Origin: Penicillus capitatus
Taxonomy: Eukaryota > Plantae > Chlorophyta
Length of the DNA: 64,000 bases
Reading direction: 5' to 3'
Assembly: GCA_965649825.1 (NCBI GenBank)
Contig: OZ287707.1
Span: 364,292-428,291 of the forward strand
Positions within the stretch are counted from its first letter, which is position 1, and each line of letters starts with the position of its first letter. Both the position numbers and the translations under genes were made by a program. This document shows positions 25,087-38,276 of this stretch, one piece after another. The notes under the pieces are model-generated. The model was not told the DNA's origin. It saw nothing but the letters and a program-made list of their open reading frames with translations, and ran no database searches.

Positions 25087-28000
25087 TTAATGTCGCCGTG
25101 TCATGCTGCGGAGGTTCTTGACAAAAGCAAAGAGCTGTTCTTGAAACTGTTCCTGGGTCTTGCTGGATTTTAGATCCCGATCTCGTTTCTCGTGAAATTG
25201 CATGAAAGCGTGGATGTCGTTATCCATGGATGGATAGCAACCAATAGACGAGATCAGCTGCCGCAAGTGATGCTGCAGGTTCTCTCGTTCGCAGATAAAC
25301 AGTAGGAGCAACGTCTCAGATGTCACTCTCACAGCCTCTCCTTCTTCATCGCCGCTCATTAGTCTTTGCAAAATGGCTTCTATGAAAACTTTGGCGAATG
25401 ATGGATCACCTAAAGAGAGGAAGATTCCTATGAGAACGTCACAAAGAAGAAGGATTACTGGACACAGTGTGTGGAGCCATTGTGCCATGGCTTTGCTCGT
25501 ATAGGTGCCTTGCAAGACTTGCCAGGGACTCCATGACCAATCGCAGCGCTCGTGACTCTGGTAGATGAATTCCGAAGACAAGCGTAGACATGAGCATCTG
25601 ACGACTCGCCGCCGGCAGTTGCATGACTTTCTCGGGGTACATGTCACAGAGATGGGACAGCAGATCAAAGTACCGGAAACAGATCTTGGGGAACTTCAAC
25701 ATCTCTGTCGTCATCAGAGGGATCGTCAAGTCCATTCCTTGCAAAATGATCTGCGCCAATCGGCATTTGTCAGCAGAGATGGTTCTGGATGGCACCTGAG
25801 CGATGTCAAGATACTTGGGACTCTCATCGGCCGTGAGTTCTCGATCGGTGACGTTTTTCAGCAAGACGAGAATCGCTCGTATATTCTTACACTGTTCATG
25901 TTCCTTTTCTTGCTGCAGCAGTTTGGAGACCTCTATTGATGTGACACCTCTCTGATGATCGGCATACATCTTCAATATCTCCAGCACCCAATGAAGCATC
26001 CGTGCAGCTTCTTGTTCCTGACAGCAAGCAACTAGAGGACTGTTGAGTACGAACTAGCAGATCTGAACCTTCACATACAGAATGTAGACATTCACGATCT
26101 CTGCTGCCAGTTTGAGCACAGAAGATGTAAAGAGCGCATCCGAACGAAAACCGGCAAGCGTGTTAAGAAGGGGCCCCAGTAGCTGATCAAAGAAGCCGTA
26201 GAGTATTTCTCTGGATTCTGGAGCTCCTTGAGAGGCTTGGACAATGCCGCGAAGCACCTCTAGTAAGAAACAGCCATAGGTCGCTCGTCCCCCTTCAGTG
26301 CTCAGTCGATGCACCTCTCCTTCGCAGAAACGATCGAGGACGTCAGCAACGATGCAAGGCGCATACTTCCGATCGGATCGACGAGTCGAGTTAAATGCCT
26401 CCGCCGCTCAGCCTCATTTTCACGAGCATCCGACGCCAGGCAGAGTGCAAATGCAATGTGTCTTCCCATCTTATGATGCATCTGCTGAAATACAGGGTAC
26501 ATCTCAGCGAAAGCATGATGCAATTCCATCCATGCAGGACTGAACAAGACTCTGTACACAAACAGTGATGGCTGCGGTCAATGTGCGCGACAGTCATCGG
26601 CTCTTACCTTTGCCGGATGTCTCCGGATCGTGTCAATGCACGCAGGAGACGATCACAGACAATCTTCTGTAGTTCATATTCTGCTGGAAATACTGTGATG
26701 CAGACATTTGCGAATTCGCAGAGCTCCTGCACAGTGTGCTGGCCTTTCTGATTGATTCCGAATGCCTCCATCAATGTTGGTGTGGTTACGGCGTCAGGTA
26801 TCAAGTATGTCTCTGTCCATTGAGCCAGTGCCTGAGCAATGCACTCCACCACTCTGCCGTGCAAACGTGCATCTGTCCTTAGAGATCCTGGGAACTTACC
26901 GTCCGCTTATACATTGACGAACAGATGCATTGGACACAAGATTCCGGAGATTCAAAAGCGCGTATGATAGTGTGATCGTGGGATCTTCATTAGGCAAAGA
27001 GATCGTCTGACTGAATTCCGCGATCTCGGGAGGCAGAGTCGGATCTTCTCCTTCAACATCATCTGCCAACACATAGGCTGAGATTTCGGCCAGGAAAGCT
27101 ATTCTTTCCAAATCGGCATCGGATACAGTCTCGCCTGAACAGCAGATTTAAGCAGACGAAGACAGCGATAACAACGCACCTATGTCGGAAAGCTGATCGA
27201 GATTTCTTTTGTGGCTGATGAGGTGTTGGGAGAGAAGGTCAAATGCGAATGCAGGTGATGCGCGTCCAATCTGAGCATACATCAGGAGAATCTCACATTC
27301 GCTCGTTAGCGAAGATTTTTCCGATTCCTGTGGTCTCCATAGTGGGGGCGTCGAAAAAAGCAAGTGAATTGCTCACCATGGCATTGATCTCAGCAAATTG
27401 GAGTTCCGAGGAGAGAATGTGTTGAAAGATATCCTTTGCACAATCGCTGACCCCATCGCAGAGGCCAATCTGCTTAACACCTTTGTAGACGACATTTACT
27501 TCAGGAGAACAGAATTTCTCCCAGACCTATAAAGAAACCACTTAGACCATCCTATACCGTGCACACGATCTTCTACATTTAGAAGCTGCAGGCAGCACTG
27601 TTGCTCAGGCGTATCTGTCTTGTCAGCAGACATACTTCCACTGTCCAGTAGTGCATTCATTGTCCATCGCAGAGAATCCATAAGAGGCTTCCGTGCCGAT
27701 AGCTCTTCGGCTGCCTGCAAGATATCCGAACATGGATGCTGTCGGGCCAAAGCATCAAACGCTCTGTTCATCAACATCGGCAACACATGGAAACGAGAAT
27801 CTATCGCTACCTGCCAACAAGCATCAACGATTCCGGCCTATCCATAAGACGGTCGTTGAGCAACAAGAATGGGAGAAGTTGTTGAAGAAGATGTTTGAGA
27901 AATGCTTTCTTGATGGGAGCACCTTCAAACACCCTTAAGTACTAGATGACATACCGCACACACCTTTGGCATTGGCACGGAACGTGCTTGATCGAATCGA

Positions 28001-29216
28001 GCACAGATGGACTAAGAACTCTGTCGCTTCTTCAATGTATGCCGCCGATTGCACAGAGGGATGTGTATGCGGAATGGCATCTGTCAGCATCACTGACAAC
28101 CATGACACCAGACGCTCATCCGCCAAAACATCCAGCCATACAGACTCCGGTCCCAACACGGCATGGTCTGAACGTGGGCGAAGTGTATCAATCTGATCAG
28201 ATACAATGATCTCGGCCACCCGAATGGCATTCTGTTTTTACCGATGCAAGCTGACTGCCGATTTGCTGGCTCTGGTCAAAGTCCCACAAAAGCATCGAGT
28301 TGAGCGTTCTTATACACGCAAAGCTGACGTGGACGGCATCTGGCTGCATCATTCTACCGGACTGTGTGAGGCAAGACATTTGGTAGATGCATTCCACAAA
28401 GAAGGGACAGAGATAGGCTTTCTGAAACAGCAACACATCGATGCATCTCAGGCTGTTGGTCTTGGCACAGATCGTGCTCACCTGGAAGGCAGCACTGCAC
28501 TGTTTGTGGTAATCCACTGAGAGTTCCAGTGGAGTGGCTGTCGCTCCATTCAGTTCCTCCACAATGGCTTGAAGCATGATCAGTCCTGCATACTTCTTGA
28601 ACGCCTCTTTCTCTTCTTTTACCAACTGCATCACTCCCTACACACGCACCTGTCACATCCGTCACATCAGATTCCTCTCCATACGTCCAGAAAAGCGGTC
28701 CTGGAATCGATGGCTTTCCATCTCAGCTTAAATACAATGGCAGCTACGCCGCAGAGGAGTTTGAGTATGGGATTCTCTTTTTCAGTGTTCTCAGCGAAAC
28801 GCAGTATGGACTGAACAACGAAGTTCTGCACTTCGTGGCGCTGATCATCGGAAAGGGTATTCCAATGCAACACAATGGACTGACGCAGTGCAATGGTCGC
28901 CTGAAACTGATACATGTATGTCTCTGCATTGGGAGCCAGTGTCAGAAGCTGTTGCGTGACCCACAACGCCTCTGGCCGTTTAGGAAACTCAGACAAAAAT
29001 CGATGAGCTGACTCCTCCTAATTCAACACAGCTATGCTGCACGCACTGTCCTACCCAACACTTGCCATACGTGAAAGTTGCGACAAGCCTCCTGAAAAAG
29101 ACGCATCGGCTCGGCCATCGATAGTGGGTGGGGGATGTCACTAATGCAGGATGTGAAAAGATTTCTCCTTTCCGAAATGACGCCTCCGAGAGATCGATAT
29201 AGACTTGTTCATTCAT
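25087..29216 (-). CDS. XPO4: Exportin-4, many short introns
   Basis: YQFQATIALRQSIVLHWNTLS, IQGMDLTIPLMTTEMLKFPKICFRYFDLL-type region, C-terminal FQEQLFAFVKNLRS; HEAT-solenoid character throughout. Confidence 0.82.
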
Positions 29217-29305
29217 ACGATCGATAACATCCGATGTCTTTTGCAAAGAAAGTCCATTCGTTACAAGGCAGACAAACCAAAACAGAGAAGCACATCATCA
29301 CAACA

Positions 29306-32300
29306 TCATTCCGTCGTGCGAACTCTTTTCAGTCCGCTGATCAGGACATTGCGAACGGTTCGATTGTCTTCACTGATCTCCATTGGAACACCGAATGCCG
29401 TTTCCCTCTTTGCTGAAATGAACTGCCGCATGGAGATGTCTTCGGCAGAATCTTTCATGACCATGATCTCGACATGGACATCTTGTTTGGCGCCCATACG
29501 ATGGGCACGGCTGACAATCTGCTCTTCGACGCTGCGATCCAATAAAGGCTCCATGAGAAAGACCCAACTGGCCATGCTTAAATCTAGCCCCACTGCTCCG
29601 GTGGTATCCATCAGCAGGACACTGAAATCATTGCTGGTACGAAAGGCATCGACCACAGCGTTCTTGGTACGGGCACTGGTATCTCGTTTGAGGACACAGT
29701 GCGGAATTCTTGCGTCACTGAGGCTGTGATCAATGAGATTGATGTGCGGCCAAAATCGCGAGAAGACAATCGCCTTGGTGCGTTTCTCTGGATCTGGATC
29801 CGTTGCGCCGATCTCCACGAGCCTCATGACCAATTGTCTACACTTGCTTGATTCTGTAGCTCTCCAGTTCGGATGCCAACTGCCGCCACTTCTGCCAACG
29901 GCTCCTGCCTGCGTGTAAGATGGCTGCCATTCAATGACTTGGATCGGGACGGGCAGTTTGGGTTGCGCATTGTGCATCTTTCTGACAACGTCTTCGGGAG
30001 ACTGCATGACATACGGTTCATGACAATAGGCACAACTGGTTCTGTCTTTTTCAGCACAGCTTTTGCAGAGCAAGTGAGCACACGGAGTCACTATGGGCAA
30101 TCGGACAACATCTAGACAACACTGGCACGGACCGCCATGCCGCAAGGCATCTTCCACTTCTCGTAGGGGATGGTGGACAGGCAGCCACCAAGGGTTGCCA
30201 TCCATGAAGTCCGTCGAGTAGCCATTACGGTTGATCAGTTTCGTCAAGGTGTCCTTCAGCTGCTGCTCGTTCACACTCAGGAGACAGGTTCCGGCTACGC
30301 AGCACGACATGTGGATGTTCCGCAGCATCTCACTTGCCCATTTATTGTTGGCTGGATTGAGCAGACTCTCTTCGTGTCCTTCCTCACCGAAGTCTGCCAA
30401 GATCAGATTCCTCTGCACCACCTCGACCAATTCATTGTACGACGCCGCATGAGCGGCTTCAAACGGCAAACTCGTGACATCTTTGTGAACCCGGACCAGA
30501 TTCCGAATCTCATCTTTGAATGTCCGTATCATCAATGTATTGAGCAAAGTCAGCAAACGTCTCTTGCCTAAAAGCATCATCAAGGAGGTAACACAGTGAG
30601 TGATAGGTGACCTTCGGGCAGACCATCTTGGAATGGCTTCTGGATAGCATTCTCCCATAAGCTTCTGGAATGCGCGAACGGTTCGCATTTGAGGAACTGA
30701 ATCAGAGGGTAGAGATGCGAGGCATTCGAATGGTTGGCCAAATCGGGTGTGGGTGTTCCGGTAATGATCCATCGACGTTCGGCCTTGAGCGCTGTGATGC
30801 GTTCCTTGCGACTGGTGTTGGTGAGCGACGCTCCAATCAGATGACCTTCGTCCAGCACGACTCGAAGCCAATGGATCTGCAGCAGCTGTTCGCTGACAAA
30901 GCTGCTGAAATGCGTGAAGGATGTCAGAATCACATCGTATCCCCATGCCAAATGGCAGATGTGTTCTGGATACTGACACTTCTTCGTCACCACATGGACT
31001 CTGAGATGTCCGCCTCGGAAATGCTTCTCGATTTCTTGTTTCCACTGCTCGATCAACGGAAAAGGGACCACAATTAACGTCGCCGGTGATAGGAACGTTC
31101 TGTCGTGGCACTGATTGGTATACGGCATCAAAGCGAGCTCGAGGGCATCGGTGTCGAGATTCAACGAGCTGTGTGTCTCGGGGATGCTCCAGTGATGATT
31201 GTCAAAAATACTTTCGTTATCGTTCAGTTGCCTGAGCCAAGAGAAAACATGAGTGACAGCTTCTTCTGGCAGCGAACCGTCACCTCTTCTTGTCGCGGAC
31301 AGGCACAAGACCAAGTCGTTTGTAAATGGGATGATAGTTCACCGGCTGGCGATACTCTTCCGGAACGATGAACCCATCGTGGAGTTCTCGTGGTTTCAAG
31401 CGAGAGAGGAAAACCACAGCATTGACGGGAGACACCAAAGACAACTCATAAGAACTCAGCATTTGTCTGCAACACAACACCACATCGCAGCATTGGAGTG
31501 ACAACGGTGAGCAGGACATACGAGAAATGGTAAATATTGTCCTGAGAGAGAAACTGTCGATTTGCCGCTATGAATCCAGATTCACTCAGAACAGGAGCGT
31601 CATCTGGATAATCGGGACTTGTCTTGGAAAACAGACAGAATCGTTGGTTTGGACATGGATGCTTGGCACAGTTCCATTGACTACTGGGCGACACCTTTGT
31701 AGGACACATAGATGGAATGCTGCGATAGTTGTGTCGCTTCCTTGCCTGATACCACTGCGGAATATCTTTCCACGTCCCACACTTGTCGCACTCAATCCAT
31801 CTCACGACGCCTGCATCCTCTGCTGCGGCCAACATATTAGCATTCGTGTTTTCCAGCGGCTGGGGGGTAAAGGGCGTCACGACATCACTCATGTGCGTGT
31901 CTTCCTCGGCCACATACGACTGCAAGCGTTGGCGCTTGGACCCAGGCGTCCCACACTTGAAGACAACATCAGCATCACTCGAGTATCCGACAAGTCGGCG
32001 GCAGACAAGAGAGGGTGATGATATGGAAGGTAGATTTGGTGTGGCTGACGGAAGCATGACTTTGCCAGAGTGTGGATCTCTTTGTCTGGATCGCAACGAG
32101 AGGTGCGACAAGGATGCATCGAAGCGACGATCTCTCATCTTATACCATCCAATGTCATGCTGTTCGTTTCCCATCCAGATCACAGCATTGCTATCTTCTG
32201 GAGCCGTCGCTAACAGGCCCCTTGTTCGCATGACCAGTGACAGAATCGTGGCTGTTTTGCCCAAGCCTGGTTCATCTGCTAAAATACCGCCACGGATGTC

Positions 32301-33023
32301 TTCTAATGGCTCCTTTTCTTCTTTCCCCGAAAGCATGCCAGTAACCTAACAACAGACATGATATAGGCAAAGGAGTGAGCAGAACATAGAACACTTCGTC
32401 TGCTTCGAGCGTTCCCCATTCGGTTTCAATGTACTGCTTGGATATGTGCTGAATCTGCCGTCCTGGTTGTTCTCTCCATATCATCCATCTGAGGGACTTG
32501 CGCTACCGGAGCACAAATGCAAAGCCTCTAATGGCAAGCAGTAATCGTACCTGATGTAGGCAGAGTTCGGTTTTGATAGAAGGTATGGCTTCTTTGGCTG
32601 TGGAGTAGAGTGTCCGACTGCAACATTGTAATGCTCTAAATGAGGCTGGGTCACAGAAATCAAAAATCCGATGAAGGATGGAGGTCGGTAAACTCTCCAG
32701 CGAGCTTCTAAACAGAGAAGGAAGGACACAAATTCATGCACACCATCCATAACATCGCTCTCTCGCACACACCTGGCCGGTTCAGGCTGTCGCATCACTT
32801 CAGACAGGGTCTCATCCACCGTATTGAGCATTGGAAACAAGTCAGGAATTCTGTAGATCACATCGATCTCACACTTTTCATATCTCATAAGGTCACACTT
32901 TGACACATGAAGTTGTTTGAGCGGATCTGCATGAACGGGCTCTCGGTCGACACTGGATGCCGTAGGGGTCAGATGCGAATACAGTCTTGCCATTTGTCGA
33001 TGTGGCCGCGACGTCTGCTTCAC
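29306..33023 (-). CDS. F-box / CW-type zinc finger / SNF2 helicase / RING protein (At3g54460-like)
   Basis: GGILADEPGLGKT, WIECDKCGTWK (CW finger), LPEEAVTHVFSWL (F-box-like), WLRVVLDEGH, RING CQCC..TPCAHLLCKSC, QIVSRAHRMGA. Confidence 0.88.
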
Positions 33024-33764
33024 TTGAATAAACCTATATCCACTAGCACTTTGTCGTATCGCTCTTTGCGATCGCTAACGCACTCGGGCGGCACGAGGAT
33101 TTGAAACCGGATCGTGCATTCGGTGTCGGTACAGGCAACAACCTCTCCTTCCGCTTCAAAGCCATGGTTATCCATCTACACCGTGCGACGCGCTCACGCG
33201 GACGCACCGAACGTTGCAGCCTACTGCGAATCCTATCGCCTCGACGAGACTTCCAGCCCACACACGTCGGCCTTTCGGAAACGTCTTGCACGTGAAGATC
33301 GGCGTCTCCCTGGACACACGCACACGCGCGTACAGAACACACGCGTTCGTGCATCGAATAAAAGAACATAATAAATCGGACCCTGCGAAGACGGTGTAGT
33401 GTCGCAAAGGAGAATTTTTGATTCTGCATGACGTCGCTGTTGGAAGATGCCGCTCGACATCCACGTTGAGCGTAATAGTTCCGACTGCAGTGCGATGCAT
33501 GTTGAGAAACGTGGAAGATGGAAGCATCAGACGATTCTATAAGGTTGATGGATAAGAGTCAAAGCGCATCAAAGATGAAATCATCAAAAGAACGAAACAA
33601 TCCTAATGCCAATCGTCAAAGCTCGTGGTGTCCTTTCGACGTCTCCATTTAAAATCATCTAAGAGCCCGTGCGACAATAGCGCACTGACCTGTGTCGTGC
33701 ATCATGGAAACTGATAGGATGTTTTGATCAATTATGATTGCGTTTTACAGCCATGTCGCCGTTT

Positions 33765-33842
33765 GGTTGGATAACGTGTTCCTCCTCTTCCTCTAAGTGT
33801 GTCGGTTGGAGAACTTGCTCCTTTTCTTTTTCTAAGTGCGTC
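33765..33842. repeat. Diverged 39-bp tandem duplication
   Basis: ggttggataacgtgttcctcctcttcctctaagtgtgtc followed by ggttggagaacttgctccttttctttttctaagtgcgtc; on - they encode THLEKEKEQVLQP / THLEEEEEHVIQP. Confidence 0.7.
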
Positions 33843-34564
33843 TCCGAAGGTCCGGAGGTCCCAAGTTCTTCAGGGGCGGCAATGTCTAAGCAGCGATCCT
33901 CCGAGCTTCGTCGGGTGTCGTAAAGGCCTACGTTATGGACGACCTGATCCACACCCCAGAGAAGCAGTCCCGGTTTTCCTCCTGCCGAAAACGATCGAGG
34001 CGCTCCTGAAAGGTGGGGTATAGTGATGGTGCATATGGCACGAAGGCGCGCGTAATGTCTCGCTCAACTTCGTCGTGAGCCAGAGTGGCCGAAGGCGTCG
34101 AGGTCGAAGTGACGTTCGGTGCGCGAGAGGCTCGTCATGCATGACGATAGCGTGAGAAGAGGACTGACGCCATTCTGGGTATTTAGACGGGAACTCTTCT
34201 GTTCTATCCGTCTAACTATGTAATTATACATTGCAGACGGAGTTTCCTAGCGCGGTTCGCCATCCGGTCCGAACTCTGCCGTTAGGTCGACTCTTACAGC
34301 CGAAAGTTTTACAACAAACAGACAATTGGTCAAAACACCAGACGTCCTCAACCTCTTATTCAGTCTGGGTGACGTGACTTCCCTGGGCAAGTGAGTCAGC
34401 ACGTTGTTAGAACCATAGAAAAGGACCCTTTCGCGACCCAGGAATCCCCTCGATAAGAGCTCAAGCGCCCTTTTGACAGATGACTCATCATTACCAAGGC
34501 AGTAAATCGCCAATCAAGATCTGGGCGACAAGCCTGTCTGTTGTTTAGCGTTCTAACAGAAATC

Positions 34565-36065
34565 ATGAAAGCGTTCGGCGTTGTCGTGTGGGGTGCGACA
34601 GGTCTCACCGGAAAACGGTGTTGTCTGGAACTCGCAAAGAACTATCAAGTAGAGTGATACATATGGGCCATGAAGATAACGGTCGGTCCGTATGTGACGA
34701 CGCAGGAGAAGGTGAAATGGGCTGTGGCTGGACGGAGTCGTGAAAAACTCGACGATCTGAAGACAGAGATTTCGCAGCTGCTCGGTCGCCAAGTGGTAAA
34801 GAGGTCCACTGCTGTCCGTGTGATGAAATGAACGCCCGGACAGGAGATTCCGACGATCGTGGCGGACATCGCGGACCGATCTTCAATCGATGCGATGGTC
34901 CGTCAGGCTGACGTGGTGATTGCCTGTGCTGGGCCCTTTTCTAAGTACTCAGATGTCGTGGTGGAAGCGTGCGTTAAGGAAGGAACACATTTCCTTGATG
35001 TGACAGGTCTAGAATCTCTAACCGTCCACATCTGTAGGACATGCGTGCCGTCATAGGCGAAGTGGTATGGGTTAAGACCGTGCTCGATCGCTTTCATACA
35101 GAAGCGGAGAGCAAGGGTGTCAAAGTGGTGAATTTCTGTGGATTGGATAGCGTTCCGGCAGATATTGGAACGCATTTTCTCGTCGACTATGCCAAAAAGA
35201 GATACAATCGGAATCTATCTCGGGTGTTGGGATGCTATACCTCATACTTCCCAACGAGCATTCCGTTCAGCGGAGGCACACTCGCGACGATGATGCAGCT
35301 GAGCCAACAGAATGCAGCAGAGAAAAAGATAGAGGAGAACCTCTTTTGCCTCAATCCACCGGGCATCAGGTTCGCCTTCTTTAGAAATACCAACGATTCG
35401 AGAAACCAATGGCGTGGAGGCCCAAGATAGAGTTGCCGGATCAATATAGTATGCGATATGATGACGAATTCGAAGTGTGGACGTCGCCTTTTATCATGCA
35501 GACCGTCAACAAACGTGTCGTTCAAAGAAGCGCCGCCCTTCTGCCGACGATCTATGGCAACGACTTTGCTTATGCTGAATGCAGCAAAGAACGCAGTCGC
35601 TTTGCGAGCATGATGTCCACTTTTGGGTTATTTATCCTGGGCTTTTGTCTTTTCTTCCCTCCTGTCCGAGGTCCGTCACATCATTCCCATTGACATCTCG
35701 GCTGAATACCATTTGTTCTCTCAGGGTTGCTTTTTTGGTTGGGTGTCTTGCCGCGTCCTGGTCAGGGTCCATCTATCGAGGATGACGACAAGGCATGGTG
35801 GAAGTTGACGCTTTACGGATCTGTTGCTCCTGACGAGGCTCAAAAATCACAAGTCGTCAAGGCGTGCATAGCAGATAGCTTTGGAGGGTATACCTCTACT
35901 GCTCGCATGGTCGTCGAGTGCGCCATGTGCCAAGTGCTCGAGAAGGAACGTCTCAAGGAGCCACCATTAAAGCAGGCAGGCGTGTTGACTCCTGCCGTTG
36001 CGTTTGGAGATGTTCTGGTCCGTCGTCTCATAGACAGGGGCTTCAAAATCGAAACGCTGTCGTGA
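34565..36065 (+). CDS. SCCPDH: Saccharopine dehydrogenase-like oxidoreductase
   Basis: VVVWGATGLTG, WAVAGRSREKL, VVIACAGPF, FLDVTG|E, CGLDSVPADIG, GGYTSTARM, GVLTPAVAFG. Confidence 0.9.
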
Positions 36066-36131
36066 CATTGTGTGGTCGATGTGACGGTGAGGTGGATGTT
36101 TACGTGTTGAGAGAGACCTATTGGAAATCGA

Positions 36132-37029
36132 ATGGCAGGTGCAGGACCATCAACCGTTCTCGACATCGAGGCGCTGCCTCACGCACGACGCTTGCCAGAG
36201 AACTCGGCGACCTCCTCTGCAAGTGCGCGACTCGCGACCCTGTGGGAGTTTTGGGCGTTTTCACGAAGCAGGTCCTTCGGCGGAGTCGTCGGTTGTCGAT
36301 GCCGCATATCATACTTTCGACTGTCGAATCTGTCTACAGACGGACAGAGTGTCAAAACTCGTGAGTCCCTGTGGATGCGATGGTACCCTTCAATACTGCC
36401 ACTACAAATGCCTTAAGGTTGGCTCCGTGAATGGACAGACACTTCCTGACCCACCCCCATCACAAATCCACTGTGTGTCAGGCTTGGGTCAAGGAAAGCA
36501 AAAAACTGACCTGTGAGATCTGTGGCCAGACATATCAGAAAGAAATCTGCGATCGTCTAGCACCCGTCGCTGCACGGGCAGAGCGCCACGATCAAGAACA
36601 CAGGTATGATGGAGCCACAGACACCGCCGCCATAAGATTCGATGGTGTGATATGACAGAGACGCAGTTTTAGCGGCTCAGATCCGCGTCATTGCCGATGC
36701 GCAGAGTGAAGGCGGGTCCAACACTGCCGATCGGTGTCATCTCTCACTCTATTTCTTTATCTTCATCACACTCCTCTACGCTATTCTTTTCGTCACGAAA
36801 GGAGAAACCTTGGGCCCATGGGCAGTACGATCACATACAGTGATGGCGTCCTTCTCCGTGCGATCTGTCTTGTCATGTAGGATAAGGTTTTCCGCGTTCT
36901 GAACATTGTGGTGCCGTTCTACATCATCTGGTGCGTCTCATTGAATGACAAGAGTCAAGAAATGACCGATCAACTGTGTTCAGGAGATTGATTTTGTTCC
37001 TGAATCGCTATCGCAGTGAACATGTGTAA
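36132..37029 (+). CDS. RING-CH (RINGv/MARCH-type) E3 ubiquitin ligase with C-terminal TM segments
   Basis: CRICLQ..LVSPCGCDGTLQYCHYKCLK|AWVKE..TCEICGQTY; hydrophobic exons at 36730-36930. Confidence 0.8.
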
Positions 37030-38276
37030 AATCCGAAGGATTCTGCTTCGAATGTTGCCAGTGCATACATCCATTGTCATCTAAACACACAAAGGATATG
37101 GCCTTCGCTTTTTTTTGTGTCTTTCTTTGAATGATCACAGGACATGCTTATTTTCAGTCGATAGGTTTTGGTACGACAAACGAATGACCCCGTCAGTTAG
37201 CGACTATGGATCTTGTGTTGTTGTTGTTGTTCAGAACGCTATTCCAGAAATCCTTACCCAAAAAGCAAGGGTCCTCAGATGAAAACCAGAAAACCACAAT
37301 CCTCAACTACCATGTACATCTCCAGTTTCGTTTTTTTGAAGCTGCGGTTCTGATTTCTACATTGCACAGACAGACATGAATGCCTGTCAAGCATGCTTGT
37401 TTTTTGACGAGATGACGGCGCCCATCCGACAATACGATGTGTGTATTCTCCATGACATCCCTTATGTTTTCAATAGACCTACCTCAGTACGTGTTTGATT
37501 TTCCCGAGACTGAGATGCCAACACCTCCGATCCGACAATACGCGTGGACTGCCGTCACACAGACGAAGGCTCTGCCTATCTATGGGCAGTGCTCATCTAA
37601 CCGCATCGCATCTCCTTTAGGCAGATCGAAACTATCTTTTCGATGAGAAGCGGACGCATGATCGATAACACTTGCTGGTTTCGCGCCGAACACAACAGTT
37701 GATAGAATGTCGTACCCAATGCAGATCCGAACTCTGCGAGACACATATCTTCGGTCGATGCAGTGTGATCTATCCGTCAGTCCTCAACACACACGCGTTC
37801 CCTTTTCCCTCTCTTGTCTATTCCTTCCGCATCGTGACCGTGATGTCCTCCATTGAGGTGTCAATCTCTATCCCTATATTCAGCTACCGCACCGTATCGT
37901 CTGTGTATTCGAATCTGATCCCATACAATGTGACCTGCCGTCCAGGAAGCGTGAGTAGTGATGGAGGTACGCCAATGCAAAGGGCGACGATGCATCATGC
38001 GTCTGCATAGGACGCTGGTGTACCGCGACAGCTTTTTGCGAAACCCTCAAGCCAGACGCCGCGCCGTCCGTTTGACAACCACCATATCCGTCACCGTTTC
38101 TCCCGATATCGTATCCGAACAGACAATCGTATTGGGCGGAGCCCGCAGCGGTACGGACGCGCGTTCGGATCTTTTTCATCCTTCCCGGCGATTTATTTCG
38201 TCCGGAGCACCATACGTCAAATCATTTCCCCCCGTCCGTTCCGCATCGCCGACAGGCGCCATCGAATCCCGGCGCG

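Noticed and set aside
37421-37545. 13-bp direct repeat atccgacaatacg about 110 bp apart
   Set aside because: Only two copies with no array, hairpin or associated ORF; not CRISPR-like.
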